From Octopus sinensis (lineage: Eukaryota), in NCBI RefSeq assembly GCF_006345805.1, contig NC_043007.1, positions 50,592,001 through 50,656,000 on the forward strand: DNA of 64,000 nt, read 5' to 3'. Below, one piece after another: positions 1-14,479 of the stretch. A program made the position numbers and the translations under genes. Each line of letters starts with the position of its first letter. Within the stretch, counting starts at the first letter, position 1. The notes under the pieces were generated by a model, which made no database searches, was not told the origin of the DNA, and saw nothing but the letters and a program-made list of their open reading frames with translations.

Positions 1-561
1 AGTGAATTTCTGCGCCAAATTGGCCATCAATTAAAAACATTCTAACATTCTACCGTCCAAGTGTAACAAATAATATTCATAAAGAATTCGTGGAAACATT
101 TTCATCTTTACAGCTTTCCCTATTTATTGCTATGTGTACTGTCTGTGTTTAGTTATAAAGATTTCCCACACATGTGCAAACTTCCGGCAACATGCAGCTA
201 TATGTGCGTATTCTATTCTTTCATATTTGATAGTATATGTGTGTGTTTGTGTGTGGCTTGGTTGGCGGATAGGTTTACCTAGAAATGCAATCTATAGTGT
301 TAATGCTAGTTTTATTAGCTCACATCATACCGGGTCACATTTGGTAATCATTTCGTCAAGTCATACAGAAAAACCAACGAAAAGGAATACTTTAAGACAA
401 AAATAGAAATTTGGTAAAAAAAAACTGTTCCAACGTTTGGGATTGATTTCTGCAACATACCAACTTTGTGTGTGTATGTGCGTGCGTGTGTGTGTGTACA
501 TACGTCTGTATGTACATATACATATACATGTATATATATATGTGTGTTTGTGTGTGTGTGC

Positions 562-643
<82 letters not shown>

Positions 644-783
644 AACATATATCAACATACATATATGCATGTATATATGTATATATATATATAAGCATAT
701 ATACTTACATATTCACATATGATTGTACATATGTTTTTGCACACACACACACACACGCACACACACACACAAGCACACACATT

Positions 784-1146
784 AAGAAGCTTGCTTCCCA
801 ATCACATGATTCTGGGTTCAGTCCTACTGCGTGATACCTTGTGCAACTGTTTTCTACTATAGCATCGGGCCGCACAGAGCTTTGTGAGTGGATTTGGTAG
901 ACTGAAGCTGAAAGGCCATCGTATATATATATATAGATATATATATATCTGTGTTTGTGTTTGTCCCCCTACCATCGTTTAAGAATCGATGTTGGTGTGT
1001 TTACGTCCCTGTAACTTAGCGTTTCGGCAAAGACACCGATAGAATAAGTACTAGACTTACAAAGAATAGTTCCTGAGGTCGATTTGTTTGACTAAAGGCG
1101 GTACTCCAGTATGGCCGCAGTCAAATGGCTGAAACAAGTAAAAGAA
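784..1146 (+). mobile_element. SINE family B (my label): 5' part, central microsatellite, 3' part
   Basis: aagaagcttgcttccca...gggttcag...gaaaggccatcgt, then (TA)n, then gtgtttgtcccc...ggccgcagtcaaatggctgaaacaagtaaaaga. The same two-part layout recurs at ~31.0 kb and ~35.4 kb. Confidence 0.8.
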
Positions 1147-1283
1147 AGAATATAAACACCATATGGATTTAATCACATGGATCTTAATCCTCCAAGGTAA
1201 TTTTTCCAAGAACTATCATTGAACTCGAGATACACAAAGACTTTACAATGTATCGGTGTACCTATTTTTTAATTTTTGTATAT

Positions 1284-1334
1284 ACTCTTTTACTTGTTTC
1301 AGTCATTTGACTGCGGCCATGCTGGAGCACCGCC
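1284..1334 (-). mobile_element. SINE family B, 3' end fragment
   Basis: actcttttacttgtttcagtcatttgactgcggccatgctggagcaccgcc is the reverse complement of the family B 3' terminus. Confidence 0.8.
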
Positions 1335-1708
1335 TTTGTTTATTATTTTTTTGCAAAAAACAATGTAATTTTCTTTTTTCCCCCTCCTCAATTATAAAAA
1401 GATTTTCTTTTCACCTTACAATTCTTGAAAAGTCGCATTGCGACGAAAACCAGTTAGAGCCAATATTTAAAAAAAAAATTTCTTTATTTTCCATACACCC
1501 ATTTTCATTAAAATTTACCTTCAATTTAGCATTCTGCCTTTTTATATTTTTTCCTGGCCTATATTATATATATATATATTATATATATATGTATATATAT
1601 ATATATATATAATATATATATATATATATTATATATATATGTATATATATGTATGTATGTATGTATGTACATATGTATGTATGTCTGCATATATATATAT
1701 ATATTTAT

Positions 1709-1779
<71 letters not shown>

Positions 1780-2617
1780 TGGATGAAATATGACTACCAG
1801 TGAGTTAATTTGCCCCGAAGAGTGGAGAAAATACAATAACGTTTCGGATATTCATCACTTCACACCTCAGTCAGATTAATGAGAATTGCTTCCAACGCAA
1901 CGCAAAATAAGTATGTATATTTAGTAAAACAGTAAGAGTAGAAAGAATAATAGATTAAAGGTGAGCTGGAATATAAGGTTTGAATGTTATATGGAAGATT
2001 CTGTGATCTAAGACGCTAATGAAAGGCAAACTAATATAAGATCGTAATGAAAGTCAAAGTCTAAATGGTTTAATCTCATAATGCAAAAAAAAAAAAATCC
2101 GAATTAAATGTTACATGACACATTACAGTTTCAAGTATGCCACCACACTTGTGAAAAAATCAGCAATTATATTATTATAAATAAAAGAAAAAATAAATAT
2201 ATAAATCAACATGGGGTAAACAGGGCAAAACAAAAACAAATTACAAGATGGCGGAATGTTCCACTAATCTTTGAGTCAACAACAGTTTCAATGGTAAACC
2301 ACCAGAGGATAAAAAAGTATGAACTTCTTTCGTCTCCTACAGTGATTGACAATTAACTGTTTTGAAATAAGGCTGCACGTGTAAAGGAAAACACAGTTCT
2401 CACCCTCTCTATCTATCTTTCCTTCTAAAATATAGTCTCTTTTGTTTACACATACATACTCACACACACATACACACACACAAACACAAGTACGCACACA
2501 CATTCCACCGTATATACGAATATATAAAAACAACAGACACCACAATGGAATATGGATAAATACCAACTTACATACTCCACCCTTAATAATCTTTCTATCT
2601 ATCTATCTATCTATCTG

Positions 2618-2683
<66 letters not shown>

Positions 2684-3033
2684 CATCCATCCATCCATAT
2701 ATCTCTACCCTTCTTTGAGTGTGTGTAAGAGGAAGTGTGTAAGAGGGAGCGTGTGCGTGTCTGTGCTTGAATGTATGAATTTGTGTGAGCGTGTGTTTGC
2801 GTGTGTGCTTGTTTGTGTGTGTGTTTAATAACATATAAAGCAAAAGAAAAACGCAGAGAGGGAGACGATAGAAGGAATAATAGAAAAAGAGAAAGAGGAA
2901 GAACAGAGAGAGACACACACAAAAAGAACGTGTGTGTTGTAATTTGAGGCAGCGTAAAGAACATGAGCATGTTGGCGGCGGCGCGGTTCAGTTCCGAAAG
3001 ATAGAATCTAAAACCACAATACACACACACACA

Positions 3034-3092
<59 letters not shown>

Positions 3093-5455
3093 CGTAAATA
3101 TATATTTAAACACTTGTTTGTTTCAGGGCTCAAATAATGGTGTTCCATGATGAAACATCTGCTGTGTTATTGGCAAGTTGACATTCATGAAAGATTTCAT
3201 TACGGAGCAGGTCATAAGTCAACATCATTAATCTCTCTTTTATATATTTCCGCCATCACACATTTCCTTATTCCCTTGTACACCAACAATCATAGCGTTC
3301 AGGCTTTTTATGTGGTTGCTGTTTAGATACAGGTCAGCGGTGATCGACCACACCTATGATCAAAAGAGTTCCTACCGTGACTATCCCGTCTTTTTTTAAA
3401 TCTAAGATTACATTACCGAAGATACTCTTGCTTTGCTATTTTTAAGAGAGCATGTGATTTTTTTGGGGGGTGGGGAGGAGGATCAAACAGCTACATAGAT
3501 GGTCTTGTTTTGGGTCTGAGGATATAAATAAGATTAATTCGGAGTTGAAAATGTTAAAATCTAGAAATAATGTTGATTTACGTACAAAGGCTGTGCTGGT
3601 TCAAGTATAAGGCTATGTGGCACAGAGGGGCGCTGTTATTATTGAATGCATCGATTCCAAGTCTTTTCTATTGATTTTATCGTTCTTTTAAACTTAAATA
3701 TCAATGCTAGTATTTACCGAAATCGGAAATGGACTAACCCCTCTCGGAATATTCGCGAATACCCTCGCATAGAGTTGTAGATGTTTAAACTCTACTGGAA
3801 TTTAACCCCCTCTTGCTATTCGATCAATAAAATAGATACAATTGGAGTAAATCTATTGAAGTAAGTTTAATCGGCTTTACACCAGCATATGACTCTAACT
3901 TTCGATTTTACTCAATAAGTGCTAACGTTATGTCATTTCGTGGAACTATTTAGTAAACACCGTGGTTTATGCATGACCACCAGAGCATGCATAGATTAAT
4001 TTTGGGCTGCTAGATACGTCGGGCTCCGGGAAACTGCCCAGCGTGACATATCTGAAGATTCCAGTTAGATAAATGGTAAATGGTTTCTGGTCAATTCTAT
4101 AATTTCGTGTGACTTAAAATGACGATGATTCTAGCAATAGTACCAACTTTATTACAACAACGTTTCTATTAGTACGCAAGGTATATAGATATAAGGTCTT
4201 TAGCATACAGGGAAAGCAAAGATATGTATATATGTAAATGACATGAAAGTGCTTGTTGCAGCAATAACAACAACTACAGCAACATTAGCAATAACAATAT
4301 CAGTATCAACAACAAAAAATACTGCATTAACATATCACAGTACAAGAAGAGTACTAGAAGAGGAGTACTAAATTAAAGACCACTAACACACACATATAAA
4401 TGTGAGAGTGAGACAGTCAAACACACAAGCAAATCCTGAATAAATCGCTTGTTCATGTTCATAATGATCATGATGATAATGATGGAGGTGGGTGGTGGTG
4501 ATGATGGTGGTGGTTTTCTTGCTGATGTTGACGGTGGAGGATGTGTTGATGTTGATGATAATGATAATGGTGCCGGCGGTGGCGGCGGCGGCGGCGGTGG
4601 TGGTGGTGGTGCTGTTGATGACGATGGTGATGATAATTTACACAACCACTTGAAGAAAGAGAGTAGTTTTTTTCAATAGCATTCGGCTAATATAAGAATT
4701 GGTATTTTTCCCCCTGGGGATGTTTCTTCAACGAACACACCCTGTCTGTAGTAAGGGACTACGCCCCTATAGAAAGGCAGCTGTGATAGGAATGAAGCTT
4801 CCGGCCAGCCAAACTTTGTATCAATTTACCAATTCCAACTCTCCCATATTCCCTTTGGTTCCAACGAAGAATTAAAATACAACACATTCACACATTAGGC
4901 TGTTGCATACACATACATGTAGACAGTCACTCAAACATTTATATATAAATTTATACACACACAATCACAAATACACATATGTATATGTAATACGTCAGCG
5001 TGCAGCACGTGTATATTCATATATACGTGTGTCTGTATTCATATACATATATTCATATATACATTAAAATGTGCATATATGCATGTGTGTGCGCATGCAT
5101 GTATGTTAGTAAGTATGTATACGTATGCACATATTGTTATAATTTTATGTAAACAAGGCAACATCATTATAATTATATATGTATGTATACATATGTGTGC
5201 ATGTGTGTGTGTGTGCGTGTATAAATACATTTGTGTGTATACATCTACACATTTACACATCTATAAATATCTACATATATATGCATATATTTATATACAT
5301 GCATACACATATTCATAGGCATATACATATATATATTCATATATTCATATATACGTGAGCGTATATGACTATATATATACACACAGAAACATATGTAGTT
5401 AGACATATACAAACCGAATACACACACACACACAAACACACAACATATGTGTAGG

Positions 5456-5486
<31 letters not shown>

Positions 5487-5740
5487 TATATATCAATGCT
5501 TATGGGTCTGTATATAAATATATGCAGAAATGCGGTGTATTGCGAAATAAATGTGTGGGATGTATGGGGGAGTTATGTACGTCAAGTCCTTTATATGTTT
5601 ATACAACTAAACTGATGGTGTGTTGGAAGGGTTTCAACTTCTTAATATTTGCACCGTGACTATACAGTTTACACACAAGAACACATCTTGTTCTGTCTCT
5701 CCCTTCTTTCTCTATCTTTGTGAGTTTTTATACATATTCC

Positions 5741-5835
5741 TTTACTCTTTAACTTGTTTCAGTCATCTGTCTGCGGCCATGGTGGAGTGCCGCCTTGAAG
5801 GGTTTTTAATCAAACAAATCGACCCTGAGAATTAT
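5741..5835 (-). mobile_element. SINE family B, 3' end fragment
   Basis: tttactctttaacttgtttcagtcatctgtctgcggccatggtggagtgccgcc...aaatcgaccc. Confidence 0.75.
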
Positions 5836-5922
5836 TATTTTTTTAATAATCAAAGCACAGAATTATATACATATATACTGGTAAGGACTATAGTCGTCCG
5901 AAAAGAGTCCCTACAGTTTATA

Positions 5923-6313
<391 letters not shown>

Positions 6314-8754
6314 ATATATATATATATTTCGAGATCAGTGACTTTTCGTCAGTGGAAAAAGGATACATGTATTTTCATTGGGACCTTTTCGCATCGAAGA
6401 CCGGTGATTGTCGTGCGATGACGACGGGTAAATACCCAGAAACTCGGGTCCGTGCGTATCACGTCAGATCGACGATAGAGAGGATGGTTTCGCTTTGCAA
6501 ATACTGATCGGGCACAGAAAGTGTGTCAATAGCCAGCGAGAGATGTTCTGGGGCTACAAGCTACCGTAACATCCACCCTTAGTGGTTAGCCACATTTAGG
6601 TGGCAAATATACTTCACACACACACACACACACACATACACACACATATATATACATACATACATACGTACACATATATACACACATATACACATATGTA
6701 AGTGTACAGAGGTATAGAGGAAGCTGTATATTGTATTGCATATATTGTTATCACTTATGAAAATTAGCTGGTTTCGAAGTCCTTATTTAAAATAGATTAT
6801 AATTTGTAATTTTCTTGGATTCAATACTCCGGATATTGTTGTCAATTGCTCCATCAAACAACGCAGCCATTCTACCAATGTGTTGCTTCTGATCCCTACA
6901 GTGGTCTGATCTTGACTGGGAGACGTGATAGACATATTGGGAGTGATTTTGTTGATGGAACTAAATATGAGAAGAGAGAGTGATCTCTCATTTGCCGTTG
7001 GAGCTGCAAAACCATGCATACTGATATTTGTGGCAAAAACTTCTTATTATAACCAGGGCTAATGATATGCTATTCTAAATTCGTTATACTTCCGACACCA
7101 ACGCGGAGTTGATATTCCTTCAAAATAGAAATCTTACAGGTGTTACAAGGGAAGAGATAATTGTTGTGAAACAGGAAAATTTCAGATTATTTAAATTAAC
7201 ATTTGATATCTGTCAATAACCTCGGTTTCGATTCACCGAGGTGATTGGCAGTTTGTAGGCCGATTTGAGTATACGGTAGAATGAAGTTGTGTTTTGCTAT
7301 TTAAGACACTAGCCATTCGTGTCATTAATACTTCTTTTAGAGAATGGGTGAAAGGTGGGGGCGGGTGAGATACAGAGTGAAATAGAAGGGGAGAGAGAGC
7401 AAGGACGGTCAATATCGCTGATTGAAGTTAATGACTTGGAAAATTCCATGTTCTCGACCATGATTACGTAGATAAGGTACAGCAACTCGTGTTTGGTGTC
7501 GTTGGTTTTATTACTGTCCTCTCGAGATCAACTTAGATTTGCAATGGAACGAAGTTGGACTCAGCCACAATAATAGATGATTTACTGATATTCATACAAA
7601 TCAAATACCAATTATTGAGAGGGTCGCCATACACCATAGAAGACACCATAGAAGACAGTTTGACGCAGAATGGGGAATACTTATACCACTTCCGCATGAC
7701 AATAAAGAGAAAGCTATCTCAGAGTAATGTATTGAAGAATTCACTGGTAACCATCAAGATTCTATCATTGTCCCCATACTGGGTGTCAGCAAAGTATTTG
7801 GAGGGTGGAATTTCATTATATCTCAAGTGTGTATAATCAAGAACTACTTTACAATACCGCAATCTCACTTCCATTTATAACATATCGTATGCATAAACAA
7901 GAGAAGACAGCATAAATCATAAATCGTTGTGTGCACAGAGAATAGCGAGGATTGGAAGAATGACGCGCACATCAATTTTTTCTTACGTTCCGTCAGATTC
8001 GAAAGCGAATATGCTAATCGTTGTTGTATTCTGTCTGCCGAACACAACATTCAGGCAGTCTATATTCACAACACGCTTGATTCATTGAACTGCATGGAAC
8101 TTGAGACATTGCAATGTTTCGACCTAGCTGTGTTTCTTCAATCTAAGCTAACACCGGATCAATAAACGAAAACAAGAATGTTCGCGTTTATTGTGGCAAC
8201 AAAAATAATTTCAAGTCTTTCTTTGCAGAATTAGAAACCAAAATCTATTTATTACCCGCAAGAAGAAGAGGTGTTCAAGATACCTAAAATTATATACTTG
8301 TATACATGCACAAATATCTTAACTCCAGATACATGCGCACTATAAGCATTTATGTCTTTCTACGTGAGTATGTGGAGAAAAAGGGAGCGAGAAATAGGAA
8401 AAAAATGTGTATCATATGCTTCAGTCATAGAAGGAAGTGTCATAATACGCGGACATATTAATCAATAGCCAGACATATATTGTCTGGCTTTTGGTATTCA
8501 CCCAAACGCTTCACACAGGCACACACACATTTTCATGCAAAAATATACACATATACAACTTTAAATTTCTTTAATTAGCTGTGGTATGGCAATTGTAGGC
8601 TGTAATTGTAGATGTGTGTGTGCGTGTGTGTGTTGTGTGTGTGTGCGTGTGTGTGCGCGCTTTCTGTTTTGAACAAACGATATTTGAAAAATATATCTTC
8701 CACGTATTCTTGTTGTCATAACGATTATGACTTCCATCATCGTCACCTACTATC

Positions 8755-8786
<32 letters not shown>

Positions 8787-8806
8787 TATTTTCTATAATT
8801 ATTATT

Positions 8807-9433
8807 AAGGCAGTGAGCTGGCAGAACTATTAGCACACTAGAAAAATGCTTAGCAGCATTTTGCCCGTCGCTACGTTCTGAGTTCAAATTCCGCCGAGGT
8901 CAACTTTGCCTTTCATCCTTTTGGGTTCGATAAATTAAGTACCAGTTCAGTACTGTGACTTGAACCCTTCCCCCAAACTTCAGGCCTAGTGCCCATAATT
9001 GAAATGATTATTATTATCATTAAGGCGTCGAGATGGCAGAATCGTTAGCACGCCGAGCGAAATGCTTAGTGGTATTTCGTCTGCCGTTACGTTCTGAGTT
9101 CAAATTCCACTGAGGTCGACTTTGCCTTTCATCCTTTCGGGGTCGATAAATTAAGTACCATTTACGCACTGGGGTCATATAATCGACTTGTCCCCTCCCC
9201 CAAAATTTCAGGCCTTGTGCCTTTATTAGACAGGATTATTATTATCATTATCAAGGCGGTGAACAAGCAGAATCTTTAGCACTCCGGGTGAAATGCTTAG
9301 CAGTGTTTCGTCTACCGCTACGTTCTGAGCTCGAATTCCGCCGAGGTCGACATTGCCTTTCATTCTTTCAGGGGTCGATGTAATCGACTTGCACCCTGCC
9401 CAAAATTGTTGGCCTTGTGTCAAAATTTGAAAC
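8807..9433 (+). mobile_element. Three head-to-tail tRNA-derived SINE family A copies
   Basis: Units start aaggc..gagctggcagaa at 8807, 9022 and 9253. They carry an A-box-like tggcagaatcg and a B-box-like gagttcaaattcc, and are separated by (att)n. Confidence 0.85.
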
Positions 9434-9449
9434 TGTTGTATTATTGTGT

Positions 9450-9876
9450 GAGAGAGCAGCGCATGCCATCAAAGTGACACTGGCAATATACCTATCATGA
9501 CTACCCGTCTGAAAAGGGTACACCAAGAAAATGCATCACAACAATATTTGTATGACATAATGATTTCATATCAAGATAAACAGCGCATGATCTTGTAGGT
9601 GAGGCCCACTTAGAATTTTCTTCGGGTTGAGTAGTTCATTCCCCTCATAAGGTCCCTGAATAACGGTTGTTTAAGAATGTTGAACGAAACATCGATGTTT
9701 GCAGAAGTGAATTATTCAAACCCCAAAGAATTTCTCTCCACACAGGGCTTTGATGATCGTCCATGACTTCTGCCCGTGATCAGAGATGCACATATCGTCA
9801 GTCGCTAAGGGACATGCTCAACTGGTGAAGATGAAGCAACTGACAAGCAAATGTATGGTATTGCTTGGGAATGCAT
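9450..9876 (+). mobile_element. Interspersed repeat family C (~450-500 bp)
   Basis: gagagcag...ccatcaaagtgacac...gtgatcagagatgcacatatcgtcag...gacaagcaa. Homologous to 16844-17287, 29939-30445 and 40590-40760. Confidence 0.85.
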
Positions 9877-10004
9877 ATTATTGTTATTTTTATTATTACA
9901 ACAGAGATGCCCAGCTGAATTTGGCGTGTATCCGACAAAGCCTGTAGCTCTAAATATCATTCTGTACCATTCAACCATATATATATATGCATGCATATAT
10001 ATAT

Positions 10005-10058
<54 letters not shown>

Positions 10059-10063
<5 letters not shown>

Positions 10064-10721
10064 GTGATTGTATTTAGAAAAGTTGATGCCATCAACGAAG
10101 GACTTCAATGCAAGTGCACGTTGAATCACTTCAGCATCCGCCAACTTGAACAGTGTTGTTGATCTTCTTAGAGAAAGCCCATATCACCGAAGGAAGTTAT
10201 CGAACCAATTAAGTGATGCTTTGAATATCTCTGGGGGTATATCCAACTGTATTGCCTTTGCATGAGCAAATTCTTGAATAAACTCTGCGTATAACCAATG
10301 CCGTTCTTCTGTCAGTAATCCATCCTGAGGTGGTATATTCCAGCTCCGAAAATAACGGTTGTCGACATGATCCACATTGCGCTTCTTAGCACTTCCCTCA
10401 TCCACCTGTTTGCTGAGAGTATCGCACTCTGCTCGCCATTTTGGAACCATTTGGAGATCCAATACCTCCTTACAGAAAGCCGTAAGATTCTTGTTATGTA
10501 ACTCTTCCACAATTCCTTTCTTGTACTCCACGGAATAACTCTTTTCTTTTTGCACTCATCTTGCCTCGGGGACGAGTGAGTCACGCCAAGGAAGTCAAAT
10601 CCGTGCATATGCGCTTAGAGCAGACATTAACCAAGCTGCCGTAGCTGGTTTATTTTGCAAACATGGCCTTGCTAACAAGCTGATGCTTTTAACACTAGGT
10701 CTTATTTTCGGGAAAACACGG
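10059..10721 (-). mobile_element. pogo/Tigger-like DNA transposon, 5' portion with left TIR
   Basis: Minus-strand KSYSVEYKKGIVE...FAHAKAIQLDIPPEIFKASLNWFDNFLR, then LSLRRSTT (CENP-B-type HTH region). The terminus reads TA-ccgtgttttcccgaaaataagacct at 10697-10723, a pogo-type TIR with a TA flank. Confidence 0.8.
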
Positions 10722-10739
10722 TACATATATATATATATA

Positions 10740-10882
10740 CAACGGGCTTCTTTCAGTTTCCATCTACCAAATCCACTCACAAGTCTTTGGTCGACCTGAG
10801 ACTGCAGTAGAAAACACTTACTCAAGTTGCTACGCAATGGGACTGAACCCCGAACCATGTGGTTGGGAAGCAAGCTTCTTAC
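10740..10882 (-). mobile_element. SINE family B, 5' part
   Basis: acgggcttctttcagtttccatctaccaaatccactcac...gggaagcaagcttcttacc. Confidence 0.8.
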
Positions 10883-11051
10883 CCCGGTGATGCAAACAGG
10901 GAAAATACAACTGAAAATATGAGTATATAAATATTTTGTATTAATATTTAGCAGAAGCAACAGAGTAATTCAAGGGCTGAGAATTTCGTGCATTCATAAA
11001 TGCCAATACACGAAACTGTCACAACTTGTCTCACTCTGTTGTTTCTGTTAA

Positions 11052-11103
<52 letters not shown>

Positions 11104-11133
11104 ATGCATGTATGTATATATAGATAGATATGG

Positions 11134-11231
<98 letters not shown>

Positions 11232-12065
11232 TTAAGAGAAAGGTTGAGTTCAATTAGAACAGTTTACTTCGCGGGGTCCAAAGTTAGATTTCTAATAAAG
11301 ATTTTTCATATTAAATTTGTAGCTTGTTATTGCAATTATTTTATTAAAAATATGAAAATTATACAAGTATAAGTTATATTATGAGCATTTATAGAAAACA
11401 GTCCTATATCAACTCAACAAAAAACCACAGATGGAGAAATGAAGATGTTAAAACTTTGATAACATTTTATTCCTTGCATACGATCGTTTCAAATGGTAAC
11501 ACCAACAAGTAAGAAACATGGAAGAGATTAGATTGATTATAATTAATTTTACATATTACCATTCTCGTCAGGACAAAAAAAAAAAGAAGAAAATATCAGA
11601 AAAGTCGTAACAGAAGAAGAAATATGTCGATACAGGATACTGCATTGAGTCCGTGTCAGATAACTCATTCGGATATTAATAAAAAGAATGTGAAAGATGA
11701 AATATAAAATATAAAAGCATGGTTATGTAGTGTTGAGTTTAGTTGTGTATGAACTAAAACTGGTTTGTATACGGATATTTAGAAATAATAAGTATGAAAA
11801 ATTAAAGCGTTCTCTCTATAGGGGTATAGGTAATATTGTGAAACACATACCATATAAGTTTATATCATGAGGAATAAATTAAATTATATAAATATCAATA
11901 AACATGCAAGGCAGATATAGTCACATATACACACAAAACATATATATATATATATATATAGATATATATATATATATATTATTATATATATATATATATA
12001 CATATAAACACATACATACGCTCATACATATACGCATATCCATATAAACATACACACACATACAG

Positions 12066-12106
<41 letters not shown>

Positions 12107-12914
12107 TGTATACAAAAAAGCAAAATGCGCACACACATATAATATATACACATACATACACGCACACACACGAAAAACGAGCATACATATGCACGCAATA
12201 ATAATCGTATACATATAAAGAATAAGCATCCAGTGGGATTGACAGTTATGAGTGGTGTACAATGAAAAAATATTTGAAATTAAAAATGGTTAAAAATTAA
12301 AAAAGAAAAATACCTGGGATAGGAAGTGTGGGTAGATTCGATTTAGTTATATAAGTAGACAGAAAATCGCGGAGCAGGGAAAGAAATTAATTGGAGTAAT
12401 ATAATAGCGAAATAATGCTAATAAAAATGGTTAGATAGTGTTATATTCGATTGTAAGAAAGAGGGGAAATTTGTTAATATTACAGAATTTAGAGAGAAAT
12501 AAAGATACTTGCTGTTGTTTAGATATAGATATATGTCAAATGAATAAATCAAATGCTGTAGATCCTCATCAACGACATGAAAATGGATCCAAGACAAATA
12601 TGTCTGTTGTGTGTATAACAATATATTCCCAGAGCGGAAAGAATGATTTCATATATGTTGTAGTTGTTACTGTTGTTGTTATAATGTGAACACGTCAACA
12701 ACAACAGACGCAGAGAAAATAGAAGACAGGACAAAGAGGATGAAAACATTATGCACATATGTATGCATGTATGTACGTGTGTGTGTGCTTGTATATGTGT
12801 GTATGCGTGTATATATGTATGTACGTATGCGTGTGTATGTATGTATGATATGTATACACAACAAACATAGAGGTATCGATATATATCTCTATGTAGACAG
12901 ACAGATTGATATAT

Positions 12915-12950
<36 letters not shown>

Positions 12951-12953
<3 letters not shown>

Positions 12954-14180
12954 CTGGCGTCCTGACTCCACACCCAACACCTCAACCCTTTTCCGTCTGG
13001 CAGAGCTCGTCCTCACTCTCAACAGTTTTACGTTCGCTGGGGAGACCTACCAACATTAATCTGAGGTCAATATGGGAACGAGCATGGTCCCCAATTTCGC
13101 AAACCTATTTGTTGGTCACATTGAGGCCCAATTATTCTCCTGATAATAATTCTCCGGGCCGACCCCAGAGCTATTCGGTCGCTACATAGACGACTGTATA
13201 GGCGCCACATCCCTCTCCCGCGAACAAATCTAACTCTTCATCTCTTTCCTCTCTAATTTTCACTCTTCTCTCCAATTTACCTCTACCATCTCTAACACCT
13301 CAGTTAACATCCTTGGTATCTCTCTTACCATTGACCTCCCTTCCCATTCTCTCACCACCTCTGACTTCTTCAAACCCACAGATTCCCACCTCTACCTCAA
13401 CTTCTCTTCCTCCCATCCCTCCCTCACCAAACGGGCCATCCCATACTCCCACTTCCTCCACCTCCGACGCTTATGCAACTGGGACCAGGATTTCGAGACC
13501 CAGTTCCAGTACTTTGCCCTCCTGTTCATGCATCGAGGATACTCCTCAACCCTTGTCCAAACAGCCTGTGCCCGTACTCGTCTAATCGATCGCACCACCG
13601 CCCTCTCCCCTTCCCCACATCAATCCCCTAACTACACCCCTTTCCCTTCTTTTCCACTCCTCCAGCCTACCCCTCGTCGGAGGACCCTTCGGGCCTTCCA
13701 TCGTCTCCAGCTATATCTCACCACCCACCCCATTTTCCCCACCTACCCTTGTCCTCCTTTAAACGCGCTCGTAACCTACGCAATCTACTGGTCCGTAGCA
13801 CCTTCTTCTCTTCCCCCCAGCGCTACCCAGATCTGTCACACCTGCCTTTTCATCACCAACACCACCTCCCTCACTGGATCCAGCCAGCACACTCCCCACC
13901 TTAGAAACTCCTTCTCCTACACCTCTTCAAGCCTTATTTATTGCATTAGATGTAATCTCTGTAATAAACTCTACGTTGGTCAGCCGAGCCGCTTCCAGCT
14001 AGCTGGCCGGTTCACCGAACCCCAAAGAGATGTTCGGCTACTCAAGAACACCCCCCGTCGCCCGTCATTTCCGTCTTTGGCCTCACCCTACACCACGGAC
14101 CCACAGAGTCAAGACTCCGCCTGGAACAGCATTATATTTTCAGTCTACAAAAACAAAGTCCTTTCGGACTCAACACAACC
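12951..14180 (+). mobile_element. Penelope-like element (Neptune-type) RT + GIY-YIG remnant, 5'-truncated
   Basis: LFRLAELVLTLNSF; MGTSMVPNFANLFVG; GRYIDDC (YIDD at 13183-13194); thumb SSSHPSLTKRAIPYSHFLHLRRLC; Cys linker CHTC; LIYCIRCNLCNKLYVGQ; PVARHF; EQHYIFSLQKQSPFGLN. Stops and frameshifts are present. The element begins directly after (TA)n. Confidence 0.88.
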
Positions 14181-14479
14181 CCCTCCACTTAACGACTGTC
14201 TCTACAAACTGCTTGAAAAAGCAACATTGTATTTTTATTCTCTCTTATACTCACGTACTTTTTTACACTGTTACCCTTTTATCGATTTTTATCGTCCTCT
14301 TTTTGTCGAACTGGTTAACTTTTAAATTGCATTTTTTATAATTTCTATTTTATCCCTTTTTATTTTATTTTTTATATTTTATCTTGAATCTGTTAATTTA
14401 AAAGAAATTACACCTTGCACACTTTCCCCCATTCCCCCTTTATTTATCGATCTTATTTTATTATATTTTAGTTTATTTC

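Noticed and set aside
1835-1880. Minus-strand ctgactga...ccgaaacg hammerhead-like string
   Set aside because: The core is non-canonical and helix I does not pair.
7440-7860. Complex sequence with fairly long open frames and a 12-bp tandem duplication (caccatagaaga)
   Set aside because: No frame gave a motif I could recognise. A BLASTX search is needed.
8807-8900. tRNA gene calls at SINE heads
   Set aside because: A- and B-box-like motifs are present but no cloverleaf; they belong to multi-copy SINEs.
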